From IMG/VR virus record IMGVR_UViG_3300009788_000010: 64,000 bases of DNA. One strand, given 5' to 3'. This stretch comes from an uncultured virus (IMG/VR IMGVR_UViG_3300009788_000010). Taxonomy: Duplodnaviria > Heunggongvirae > Uroviricota > Caudoviricetes. Every line of letters begins with the position of its first letter. The stretch's first letter is position 1. Positions 19,376 to 28,475 of this stretch are shown here, in pieces. The notes under the pieces are model-generated. The model saw only the letters and a list, made by a program, of their open reading frames with translations, made no database searches and had not been told where the DNA came from. Made by a program: the position numbers and the translations under genes.

Positions 19376-20377
19376 TCAGACCTGGATCTCTATCAGGCCC
19401 TCGAAGTTGCTGATCGTGCCGTCGAACACGCCGTCGTGGTCGGCGAACACGCTCAAGCGGTCGCCAGCGGCGAACGCCGCTACGCCCGGCGCGACGATCG
19501 TGGAAGCGAGTTCGATCTTCCCCGTCGCCGCGATCGTGGTCGCCACCGAGGGGGCGCCGCCGAGCGCCGCGCCGTTCTTGCGAACGCTGAACACGGCGTC
19601 CGACGTGCCGGGCACGGTCACGACCGTCACATCGAGGATGAGCGAGAGCCCCGTCACGCTCCCCGGCCGCAGCATTTTGTAGCCCATCGCCGCGTCTCCG
19701 ACGGACTGGAGCCGGAGGTAGGCGTCCGCGACCGGGCTTCCGGTAATGTCGTCCGACGATCCGAACGCGAGCGCCTGAAGGCGCCGGCTCGCGAACGTCG
19801 TCTCTACCTCGACCAGCGCGCGGCGCACGATCGCGGCGACGCGCGTGTCTCCGGGGTTGGGCACCGGCCAGCCGAAGACCGGGGTGAAGTCGCGGGTGAT
19901 GACGCCGGCCTGATCGACGGGATTCCCGGGCGAAGGCGCGACGTCGATAGCGAACGAATCGTGGATGGGCGTGCCAGTTATTGAGAACCCCTGCGCGACG
20001 TACGCCGTCTCCGCGATGACGAAGAAGTCGCCCGCGACAACCGCGCCCTGATTGCCGCTGCCGTCGAAACCGGGCGGGTTGATCGAACGTCCGAGTTCGT
20101 CGAGGATCGTGATGGCGGTGATGAGAGCCGTCGCTCCACTCGTCCCACCCGTGACCGTGTCGCCGACCGCGGGATCGTCGCCGGTCAAGCGGATCAAACG
20201 CATCACGCCACCGGAGCCGATGTCGGACGTGGAAATGAATATGCCTACTCCACCGGGCCACGTCAGCGCCTCAGGCGAAGAGAATGGACCGCTCACGACA
20301 GCGGCGTGAGTCACTGTCCACACAGAATAGGCAGTCGTTCCGGCGAAGCTTACGTTGAAGCCGACGAACTGACTCAT
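19376..20377 (-). CDS. putative virion (tail) protein
   Basis: Beta-rich composition with a VGDTVTGGTSGATA motif. Confidence 0.55.
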   Translation of the reverse strand: MSQFVGFNVSFAGTTAYSVWTVTHAAVVSGPFSSPEALTWPGGVGIFISTSDIGSGGVMRLIRLTGDDPAVGDTVTGGTSGATALITAITILDELGRSINPPGFDGSGNQGAVVAGDFFVIAETAYVAQGFSITGTPIHDSFAIDVAPSPGNPVDQAGVITRDFTPVFGWPVPNPGDTRVAAIVRRALVEVETTFASRRLQALAFGSSDDITGSPVADAYLRLQSVGDAAMGYKMLRPGSVTGLSLILDVTVVTVPGTSDAVFSVRKNGAALGGAPSVATTIAATGKIELASTIVAPGVAAFAAGDRLSVFADHDGVFDGTISNFEGLIEIQV

Positions 20378-20784
20378 CTTTCCTCCGATTCTTGAACGCT
20401 GCGCTCAGCAAAGCGACCGATCGCATCCGCTAGCGGAGCCGTCCGATCCTTCTGCATATCGCGAAGCGATTCCAATACGCCGGTGTCCTTGAGCGCCGCG
20501 GACATAACCTCGTTGGTCGAGCAGATCGTCTCCATCGCCGTCGTCGCGCGTTCGAGAGCCTTGAGCGACTTGTCCCGCGTGTCGCGTGCTTCGGCGAGGA
20601 TGTCGCGGGCGACCTCGACCAGTTCCCGCGTGTCCTGCCTCAGCCCCCAGATGTCCTCGGCCACCGCGCACAGCATTTCGACCGCGGACTCGCCCGTCGG
20701 GCCGCCGACCGCTCCGGCCCCGTCGCGCGAACCGACCGGCGCGCCGGGTACGGCGTACGCTCTCATCGGCCTTTCTTCTGCCAT
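20374..20784 (-). CDS. hypothetical helical protein
   Basis: Coupled to its neighbours. Coiled-coil-like. Confidence 0.55.
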   Translation of the reverse strand: MAEERPMRAYAVPGAPVGSRDGAGAVGGPTGESAVEMLCAVAEDIWGLRQDTRELVEVARDILAEARDTRDKSLKALERATTAMETICSTNEVMSAALKDTGVLESLRDMQKDRTAPLADAIGRFAERSVQESEER

Positions 20785-20785
20785 C

Positions 20786-21343
20786 TCAAGCCCTCTGCTT
20801 GGGAGCGGGGCTGTCCCTCTTGCGGTCGCGCTGCTCCAGCCACCGCCTCCTCACGTCCGATTTGTCCGCGCCCGGCGGAAGTTCAGGTAGCCGTGTGACG
20901 ATATTGATCGTCGTCGGCGGGCGTCCCGCGACGCGACGGACGAAGTAGCGCGGGTCAATCACTTCGATGTCCCATTGTTCGGGCGTCGACTGCGTGGGCT
21001 GGAACGTGAGCGACTCCCCGATCACGACCCGCACGCGGTCACGATTGATCCGGCAGAGCACATCCGCCGGCCCGTCTAAGGCGACGGCTCCAGTCACCGA
21101 CCGAAGACTGAACACGGCCCTGTCGCCGCTGCCGATCTCCATCGACCGGCGCGAGGAGACATACTCCAGTTCGATCCGATCGACCCATTCATCGTTGAGC
21201 CGACGCTTGCCACGGATCTCGTCGATGTCCTCGCCGTCGCGAACTTCGACCCATCCCAGCCCCTTTGCGGGGGGCTTCGCCGACAACCGCTGGCGGCCCA
21301 CCGTGCCGTCAGGGCGTATTTGGACGTAGCGCCTGTGCAGCAT
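20786..21343 (-). CDS. hypothetical protein, possible tail-fibre chaperone
   Basis: ATG at 21343 overlaps the TipJ stop (TGATG). Confidence 0.55.
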   Translation of the reverse strand: MLHRRYVQIRPDGTVGRQRLSAKPPAKGLGWVEVRDGEDIDEIRGKRRLNDEWVDRIELEYVSSRRSMEIGSGDRAVFSLRSVTGAVALDGPADVLCRINRDRVRVVIGESLTFQPTQSTPEQWDIEVIDPRYFVRRVAGRPPTTINIVTRLPELPPGADKSDVRRRWLEQRDRKRDSPAPKQRA

Positions 21344-24300
21344 CAGCCCTTCTCCACGACGTGAAGCGTGATGAGCGACGCTTGCGCGCCCACTGTTTCG
21401 GGCGGGGCGCTCGCGAGAGTGTAGGAGCCAACTTGGCCGGTGTTCGGGGAACCGTCGTCGGTGTCTACGATCATGAGGTCGTTGGAGAGCACGTCGCGGA
21501 TCATATACTCCGTCGTCCCGAGCCCGTTGGTGACCGTGATCAACATGCTCCCGTGGCACTGCGCCATGAAGTCCGTGTCGTCGTCGCCGCTGATCGTGTA
21601 GGCGTCGTAGCCCAAATTGAACTCTGGAATGACGGTTCCCACGCCGGCCTCGGCCCACTTCTCCCAGCGCACCTGTAGGATGAAGGCGTGGGTCGCCTGG
21701 GCGACGACGTTGCGGATGACGGAGCCGTGGTCGCCCATCACGTACCCAGGGGCGGAGATCGTCTGCTTCGCCTCGGTGCCGGCGGGCGGGTAGAGCTGCG
21801 CGGGCGTGTCTTCCAACGACACGAACGAATCGAGAATCCCATCAAACGAACCGACCGCGAGCCCGCGGATCACCTCCGAAGGCTGGACCGGCGAAGCATC
21901 GGGCGGAGTCCCCGCGGTTCGATACCATTCCAAATCGTCCGTGACGCCGTCCCAAGTCTTGACGATCCCAGTCGCGAATTCGGTGACGATCTCGTCTCCG
22001 CTCTGAGTCTCGTCGACAAGAGGTTCGTCGTCGAGGCGATCTTCGGATTGCACGTAGAGATCCCTGACGCTGGCGGTCGGCGCGACTTGCGTGCCGATCC
22101 CCACCACGTAGAAGCGCCCGTTGTTCGCGCCGGTCGTCCAGTTCTCCGAGTCAACAAACATCCCCGCGATGAATCCCTTGGCGACCCAGTCGCCCCCGAC
22201 GCCGAGCCGAAACTCCGAGTAGATCGCGCCGAACAGTCCGTCTTCGATGCACGTGATCAGATCGGCGTCCGACGCCTCGTCGTAGATGGCGATGGCGTAT
22301 TCGAGCGCCTCGCCGGGATCGGGATCGTTCCCGGTCAAGTTGATGAGGTGCGACTCCCAATCCCTGCGCTCCCTCATCAGCCTATAGAGGAAGACCGGAT
22401 TCGTCCCGACGCCGCCCATGTGCGCGCGGGCGAATGTTTCCACTTCAAGATGGTCCGGTTGGGGCTCGATCTCGTTGATCGCGTCCAACGGGATGATGCC
22501 GAACACGGGAATGATTGACGGGTCGCCGGGCACGATTCTAAGCGCCGGGATCGTGAGTATCCGCGTGATGTAGGCGATGAACGAGAACTCCACGACGACC
22601 AGAGTGGGATCGGCCGTCCCGTCCCCTTCGATCTCGATGAACGCCGTATGGGCCGGAATCCATATCCCGTCGTCGTTGCCGCTTCCGTCGAAGAACACGA
22701 TGTCGAAGTCGTCCTCGGTGACCACCCCATCGACGCCCGCGGGCGCGGCGATATCGATAAAGAACTCGGGGCCGAACTCCAGCTCGGCGATGTTGGGCGA
22801 GCCGTCCGTGAGCAGCCCGAACTCGTCGTACGCGGCCAGCACGAAGAAGTGGCGGGCGCCGCTCTGCATCGTGATCTGGATCGCGGTCCGAGGCTGACCG
22901 TCGTAGACGAGGTTGTCTTGCGACGGCGTGAAGCCCGGCGTGGTGGACGAGAACGCAACGACGCCGCGGTAGTCCGCGTCCGAACTGAACCGCTTCCCAC
23001 CGGGCAGAGGCGGCGCGCCGAACAACCCGTACGAGAGATTGATGATCGCGGTGGACGCCCGCGCGAACACCGTGTGAGTCTGCGGGATCGGCGGCGGCGG
23101 GTTCGACACGTTGATGATCGCTTCCGGGCCGATGTTCCCGAACTTGTCTCGCCCCGACACGCGGATGTTGAGCTTGCGAGTGGCCGGGTAGGTCAGAAGT
23201 TCGCTGAACAGGGCCCTGCTCACGTCCGTATGGTCTTCGACGTTGTCTTCGTAGGTGTACTTCGAGAAGGTCTCCGTGACGTGGTCGATGACGCGAAGCA
23301 ACCGGCCCGCCGAAAACAGGCCGTCCGGCGAGGGCTTATTGTCGAAGATCCTCACCGTGTAGTCGACGATGAAGTTGTCGTCCACGTCGGGGTCGCCGAT
23401 CGGATCTGGGATCGCCATCGGAATCACGGGAAAGCGGATCGGCTGCCATTGGAAAAATACGTCCCTGCCGGTCCATTCCTGAGAGTTTCCCTGGCCGGCC
23501 AGTTCCAATCCCGGCGGCCGCGGTATCGATTGGACCGCGTGCGCGATGTACTGCTCTTGGATCGTGACGACGTTCGATCGCTGTCCGCTCGGCGAGATCG
23601 CCTGCACGTCGATGGTATAAAAGCCGTCGGGCGCGTCCTCGATCTTGAGGAACCGATCCGGAGTCCGCGCCGACACTCGCGGCTCCACGTTTCGTTGGAC
23701 GCCCACGGCGAACGTCGAGAACAGGTCGTCGGAGTCGGGCGGATGGTTCCAAGTGATGACCATCGAGACAACGATGCCGCGGCCGGTGGATTCGAGGATA
23801 GTGTCTATCTTCAAGTCCGTGACGGCGACGACGCTGCCCTCGGCCTGGACGTCGTTGGACTGCGTCCACGGCGAAACCACGCCGAACCGAGAAAGCCCTC
23901 GCACCCTGATGTTGATCGAATCGGAGATCGGGAACGGGCCGAGCGAGAACGCCGTCTGGTTCGACGGCAGGCGCGGAATCATCGTCCAGTCGCCCAGCAC
24001 CGGGCCGGGCTCGGGCGCGCCGTCTTCCTGGTCGAGCGGGTCCGCCGTGCTAAGCCCGGCGATCTGGTATTGGACCTCGAAGAAGGCCGTCTCGGCCCAT
24101 ACCTCGCCCACGGTCGCCGTGCGCTCGGCGATGTCGGACGTGATGATGGCGTCGATGAAGAGGAACGTGACGCCCGCGTCGTCGAAATGCGAGAACCGGA
24201 AATCAGTGCCAAGGATGCGCGGCGTCGCGGGCGGATTGAGGTCCGGCGTGAACAGTTCGCTCACGTTCGACGTGAACGCTGGAATCGTGTCAAGGTCGGA

Positions 24301-27252
24301 GGAGTAGATCGCGGGGGAGTGGTCGAAAAGGCTCAGCTTCGCGCCGAGCTGCGGCCGCCGGTCGATGTCGAAGATGACCGCGTCGAAGGTTTCTGTTCCC
24401 AATTCACCCAGGGTGAGAAGGTCGCCAATGCTCGGATCGGCCGCGCCCTGAGTCGTGAAGACGCCAAAATCCTTCCATTCCGGGAAAGGAGGCGTGATGG
24501 TGAACGCCGCGGTGAATTCCGTTCCGTCGGCCTTCCTTACGACGACGCCGAACGGCACGTCCGCGGGCACGTAGATTCCTGCGTCGAAATCGATTCGCCA
24601 GATCGGTCCGGCGGTATTGAACAAGTCTTTGATCCGCGCCGATCCGAGGCCAACCTGTACCACGTAGTGCGACACGCGGACCATGTCGCCGCGCTGCGCG
24701 ACGAGATGCTCCCAATCCATCGTCGTTGTATAGACGTGCGGCCTCAACTTCCCCGTCGCGATCCGGAAACGGCCCTCCTTCCAGACCTGGTTCGGGATCG
24801 TGACGCCGGGCAATTCCGCCGTTTCGAACTTGACGGCGCCGTTCGTCAACAGCTGTCGCCCGCCCGCTTCCACATCGTCTTCCAAAAACACGGCAGAATC
24901 GACGACGATCCGCGTCGCCGCCACCGAGAAGATGAGTTTCTGACCGTTGTTGGCCGAATCCGCGAAGCCGGACGCGACGAGGAAACCGCCCGCCACAAAT
25001 CCGTCCGCGATGAAGTCGCCCGTCGGTCGGACGTAGCTTTGCGTGCTGTTCTCGGCGGACATCGAGATCGAGCCGGTGTCGGCGTCGCGCACGCCGAAGC
25101 CGTCGTTGTAGACGATCCGGTCGGTGCGCTGCCACGTGTTCTCGTCCATGAACTTGAGGCGGATCGCGTCGGGGAAGTCGATCCACTGCTTTTGGAACGT
25201 GAAGTCTCGGACGTTGCGCGGGGTAATCTGCTGCGTCGGCCCCACGGGCGTCCTGTCCTCGTCGATCAGGACGCTGTAGAGCCCGTCCGACCGGACGATC
25301 GACGCCCTCGCCGTCGCGGAAATGTCCTTGAGGATCTGCGCGAAGTTCGTGTCGAAGTCCATCACCCGGTTGTAGGCGAAGTCGTACGACCCGGGCGTCG
25401 GCTCGTTCTTGTCGGCCCACGCCTTGAACGCGGGCGCGTCGATCCGGCTGTCCGAGATCGGGAACTGCGAGAGGATGTCTGCGGCGATCCACGCCGGATT
25501 TCGAGACAGCACCTTTGGCCCCCAGGTGGCGCCGTCGAAGGTGCGGACCTTGCGCTCGAAGATGGCGTTGACCGTGTCGATGATGCCGTTGAACTGCTCG
25601 GTCGCCTGGATCCTCATTTCGAGGAAGGCGTGAAACTCCCCTAGCAGTTCCGTGTTCACGGGCGACTCGTAGAGGATCGCCCGCGCGGCGAACCACGTGC
25701 AGTCGGACAGGACGGTCTTCTTCTCGTTCGTGCCGCCCGCGCTGACGGGGTATGCGTTCTGTAGATTGGCGCTCGCGCCGCCCGCGTCCCCCGCGATGCG
25801 CGTGATCCGAAGCGTGTAGATGCCGCGCCCTTCGAGGAACTGCGTGCGGATACGGAAGCCTTGGAGGATGGGCGCCCTGCTCTTGGCTGTGAAGATCAGG
25901 TGGCCGCCGATTTTGACGACGTTCGGCCCCGGCGCGTCGTGGGACAGTTGGGCTCGCAGGTCGCTGGGGTCTGCGCTCACCCCCTCGACGTAGGACGCGA
26001 CCTCCCGGTATGTGTCGTCTCCGTCGTCTCGCTTCGCCTCGACTTTGAACGAAACCGTCCAGTCCTTCGTCTTTCCCGAGTCGGCGAACGTCGTGAGCCC
26101 GGACACGAAGTTGAAATCGAACTGGATCTCGTCGGCGGGGTCGGCGAACGTGTGGATGTGCGCGGGGGCTTCGGACTGGAACCATTTCAACTTGAAGTCG
26201 AACGAGAGATCGTCCTGCTTCACGTCGGACGGGAAGATCTCGAACGTCGGGCTCTGGACGGTGCCGTCGTGGAACACGAAGTCGGCGCTCTGCTCAACGA
26301 GCGTGATGTGCTGAGTCCCGCTGCCCGTGTCCGTCAGGAATGCGGGGTCCGTGTTATCGGCCAGCTCGACGGTGAAGCCGTCGTCCGTCGTCGTCTCCGT
26401 GCCAATCGCCGTCACGCGGAAGCGGCCATTCCCACGGGAATTGACGCGACTGAAGCCCGAAGAATGGATGAACTCGCCTACGATCAGGCCCTCGGTAACC
26501 CAGTTAACTCCGATACCGACGAACGCGGATTGGGCGCCCGCGCCGAAGTCGCGGGAACTCTTCGTGTCGACTTGCTCCGGCCCCACATCCTTCGTCACCT
26601 GTTGGAGCGAGAAGTCGTTGATGTCCGTGGCTCCGATCTTGAGGTTCGTCATGACTAGCGGGCCGGGACCGCAGTCAAACAGCAGGCGGAGGAACTGCTT
26701 GTTACCGATCACCTCCGTGAACGGCAGCGAGGCGAACGGCATGAACATTCGATGCCGTCCGTACACTTGGAATATGGCGTTGCCTATCCAAGCCCTGTTC
26801 TTCGTGCCTCGGATGGTGTGGGAGCGCGACTCGTAGTCGCTGTCGGCCTGCTCCGGCAGCCCAAGTAGAGCCTGTACCGCGAGGCCGAGTAGTAGCGTGC
26901 CGACGATGATGATCGCATAGGCGATCAGCGTGGCCGCGGTGCCCGTGATCCCGATGCCGCCCAGAGCGAGGACGATGAGAGGGGCGGTCGGCACGTAGGC
27001 GGCTGTGACGTGGCTTCCGGCCTGCGGGCGCGTCTCGGCCCAGAGATCGGACCTTATGAGTTTCCCGTCGACCGCGACGTACAGGCGGGCGTAGCTCACC
27101 GTCTCCGCGTGGATCTCGCGCAGTGCGTCTTCCAAAGACGAGCCCACGGCGATGTCTACGATGCGAGGCTGGGCGAACGGCTGTTCGCGCCCCGCGATCC
27201 TGAACGTTTCGTGCTCAGCTAGGGCTGTGTCGGTAGACTGCGCGAATCGCAC
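21343..27252 (-). CDS. central tail tip / host-specificity protein (gpJ/TipJ-like)
   Basis: VYGRHR, SRNPAW, RGDMVRVSH, FN3-like segments and AAYDEFG. 1969 aa, following NlpC/P60. Confidence 0.9.
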   Translation of the reverse strand: MRFAQSTDTALAEHETFRIAGREQPFAQPRIVDIAVGSSLEDALREIHAETVSYARLYVAVDGKLIRSDLWAETRPQAGSHVTAAYVPTAPLIVLALGGIGITGTAATLIAYAIIIVGTLLLGLAVQALLGLPEQADSDYESRSHTIRGTKNRAWIGNAIFQVYGRHRMFMPFASLPFTEVIGNKQFLRLLFDCGPGPLVMTNLKIGATDINDFSLQQVTKDVGPEQVDTKSSRDFGAGAQSAFVGIGVNWVTEGLIVGEFIHSSGFSRVNSRGNGRFRVTAIGTETTTDDGFTVELADNTDPAFLTDTGSGTQHITLVEQSADFVFHDGTVQSPTFEIFPSDVKQDDLSFDFKLKWFQSEAPAHIHTFADPADEIQFDFNFVSGLTTFADSGKTKDWTVSFKVEAKRDDGDDTYREVASYVEGVSADPSDLRAQLSHDAPGPNVVKIGGHLIFTAKSRAPILQGFRIRTQFLEGRGIYTLRITRIAGDAGGASANLQNAYPVSAGGTNEKKTVLSDCTWFAARAILYESPVNTELLGEFHAFLEMRIQATEQFNGIIDTVNAIFERKVRTFDGATWGPKVLSRNPAWIAADILSQFPISDSRIDAPAFKAWADKNEPTPGSYDFAYNRVMDFDTNFAQILKDISATARASIVRSDGLYSVLIDEDRTPVGPTQQITPRNVRDFTFQKQWIDFPDAIRLKFMDENTWQRTDRIVYNDGFGVRDADTGSISMSAENSTQSYVRPTGDFIADGFVAGGFLVASGFADSANNGQKLIFSVAATRIVVDSAVFLEDDVEAGGRQLLTNGAVKFETAELPGVTIPNQVWKEGRFRIATGKLRPHVYTTTMDWEHLVAQRGDMVRVSHYVVQVGLGSARIKDLFNTAGPIWRIDFDAGIYVPADVPFGVVVRKADGTEFTAAFTITPPFPEWKDFGVFTTQGAADPSIGDLLTLGELGTETFDAVIFDIDRRPQLGAKLSLFDHSPAIYSSDLDTIPAFTSNVSELFTPDLNPPATPRILGTDFRFSHFDDAGVTFLFIDAIITSDIAERTATVGEVWAETAFFEVQYQIAGLSTADPLDQEDGAPEPGPVLGDWTMIPRLPSNQTAFSLGPFPISDSINIRVRGLSRFGVVSPWTQSNDVQAEGSVVAVTDLKIDTILESTGRGIVVSMVITWNHPPDSDDLFSTFAVGVQRNVEPRVSARTPDRFLKIEDAPDGFYTIDVQAISPSGQRSNVVTIQEQYIAHAVQSIPRPPGLELAGQGNSQEWTGRDVFFQWQPIRFPVIPMAIPDPIGDPDVDDNFIVDYTVRIFDNKPSPDGLFSAGRLLRVIDHVTETFSKYTYEDNVEDHTDVSRALFSELLTYPATRKLNIRVSGRDKFGNIGPEAIINVSNPPPPIPQTHTVFARASTAIINLSYGLFGAPPLPGGKRFSSDADYRGVVAFSSTTPGFTPSQDNLVYDGQPRTAIQITMQSGARHFFVLAAYDEFGLLTDGSPNIAELEFGPEFFIDIAAPAGVDGVVTEDDFDIVFFDGSGNDDGIWIPAHTAFIEIEGDGTADPTLVVVEFSFIAYITRILTIPALRIVPGDPSIIPVFGIIPLDAINEIEPQPDHLEVETFARAHMGGVGTNPVFLYRLMRERRDWESHLINLTGNDPDPGEALEYAIAIYDEASDADLITCIEDGLFGAIYSEFRLGVGGDWVAKGFIAGMFVDSENWTTGANNGRFYVVGIGTQVAPTASVRDLYVQSEDRLDDEPLVDETQSGDEIVTEFATGIVKTWDGVTDDLEWYRTAGTPPDASPVQPSEVIRGLAVGSFDGILDSFVSLEDTPAQLYPPAGTEAKQTISAPGYVMGDHGSVIRNVVAQATHAFILQVRWEKWAEAGVGTVIPEFNLGYDAYTISGDDDTDFMAQCHGSMLITVTNGLGTTEYMIRDVLSNDLMIVDTDDGSPNTGQVGSYTLASAPPETVGAQASLITLHVVEKG

Positions 27253-27622
27253 GCCGCCACCCCCTCGTCAGTCGCGTAGACCCGGAATCGAGACCCATCC
27301 GGGCTTCAATGAAGTGAAGGGGATCCATCATGACGCCACAATGCAGCTTCCCCTGCACATGGAAGAGTAGAACATCGAACCGCTGATACAACTGAGACTG
27401 CACCGGCTTCCAACCGAGCGGTTCGGCTTGGCTGCTGATGTGAGGTTCGTTCTCGTTGAAAGGCCCGCCGCTATCGTACTGGCCTGAATACGAGGGCAGG
27501 TCGATGCCGGCCTGCTCAGACAGAAACAGCCGTACCAAACCCCAGCAGTCGATTCCGTTGCGATCTCGGCCCGACTCAAGATAAGGAATCCCTGTGTAGT
27601 CGCTTCCCCGGACGTCCATCAA
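27215..27622 (-). CDS. NlpC/P60 tail tip assembly protein (gpK-like)
   Basis: GIPY..GR...GIDCWGLV and HCG. Confidence 0.9.
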   Translation of the reverse strand: MMDVRGSDYTGIPYLESGRDRNGIDCWGLVRLFLSEQAGIDLPSYSGQYDSGGPFNENEPHISSQAEPLGWKPVQSQLYQRFDVLLFHVQGKLHCGVMMDPLHFIEARMGLDSGSTRLTRGWRRAIRAVYRHSPS

Positions 27623-28110
27623 TACAGCCCGGGGAACTTCGCGAGGTCGTAGCGGTCGCGCGGAAACGGCGTGCTTTCAAAATCCTCATATCCAAGATCG
27701 AACGTCAATTTGAGATCACTGGCTTCGACGTTCTTGAGAAGCAAATCGTCCCACACTCGCTCGATCGTGTCCGATATGCCCGGACCTTCGGAATCGCCAA
27801 TGACCATCTCGATCTTAACCGTGGGCGGCGTCTCGAGGTCGCGAAAGATTCCGACGAAGTCGATCGTCGGCGCGTCGAGCGTGATCCTCACGCGGGGATC
27901 GCCTTGCTTGGTCTCCGGAGGCAGTTCGATTTGGAATGGCGTAGGAAGAAAAGTCTCCCCGTTGCTGACCGTGTTGACCGAATCGCTTGTGATCCTCATC
28001 GGAAAATTGGTCGTGTCGGTGGGATGAGTCGCCGTGATGAGGATGAGCGGAGCCTTGCCGCTGCTCTGTGCGTACATCTCCGCACGCGTGGGCTGGGTAA
28101 CCGGGCTCAC
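27619..28110 (-). CDS. tail tip protein (DUF1833 / gpL-like)
   Basis: LITATHP, SNGETF...PFQIELP and FPGLY. Position in the tail module. Confidence 0.75.
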   Translation of the reverse strand: MSPVTQPTRAEMYAQSSGKAPLILITATHPTDTTNFPMRITSDSVNTVSNGETFLPTPFQIELPPETKQGDPRVRITLDAPTIDFVGIFRDLETPPTVKIEMVIGDSEGPGISDTIERVWDDLLLKNVEASDLKLTFDLGYEDFESTPFPRDRYDLAKFPGLY

Positions 28111-28472
28111 GGAGTGCCTTCGGGCTGTATCTCAAATTCCACCGTGACCAACCAGTTCAAGCCGCCCAGCGGGCTATAGATTGGCGGCGACATGATCTGC
28201 GCGACCATGGTCACGCCGGTTCTCGGATGCGGCCACTCAAAGGTGAGAGTGCCGCTCTCGGTGGTCGCCACGAAGAACACGTCCAACGCCTCGGTCTCCG
28301 TGTAGTCGAGGATGTAGCTCGCGGAGATCCGCCTCACAGCGCCGGTCGCGAGCTGCCTGGACTTGGGCGGGCCGATATCCGTCTGAGACCGCAACGCATT
28401 GTCCGGCGGCGACTCCCTATAACCGCCGGCTTCGGGCGCGGTAGGCAATGTAACGGGCCATACGATCGGCAT
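28107..28472 (-). CDS. distal tail protein (gpM-like)
   Basis: WP.TLP, D.GPPK.R and G...F.W.HP. Follows the tape measure gene. Confidence 0.75.
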   Translation of the reverse strand: MPIVWPVTLPTAPEAGGYRESPPDNALRSQTDIGPPKSRQLATGAVRRISASYILDYTETEALDVFFVATTESGTLTFEWPHPRTGVTMVAQIMSPPIYSPLGGLNWLVTVEFEIQPEGTP

Positions 28473-28475
28473 GGA

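Noticed and set aside
22648..25644. 998-aa plus-strand ORF, and similar long antisense ORFs such as 9691-11943, 39249-41108 and 43473-46343
   Set aside because: These are shadows of real genes on the opposite strand in GC-rich DNA. They are Arg/Val-rich and have no motifs.
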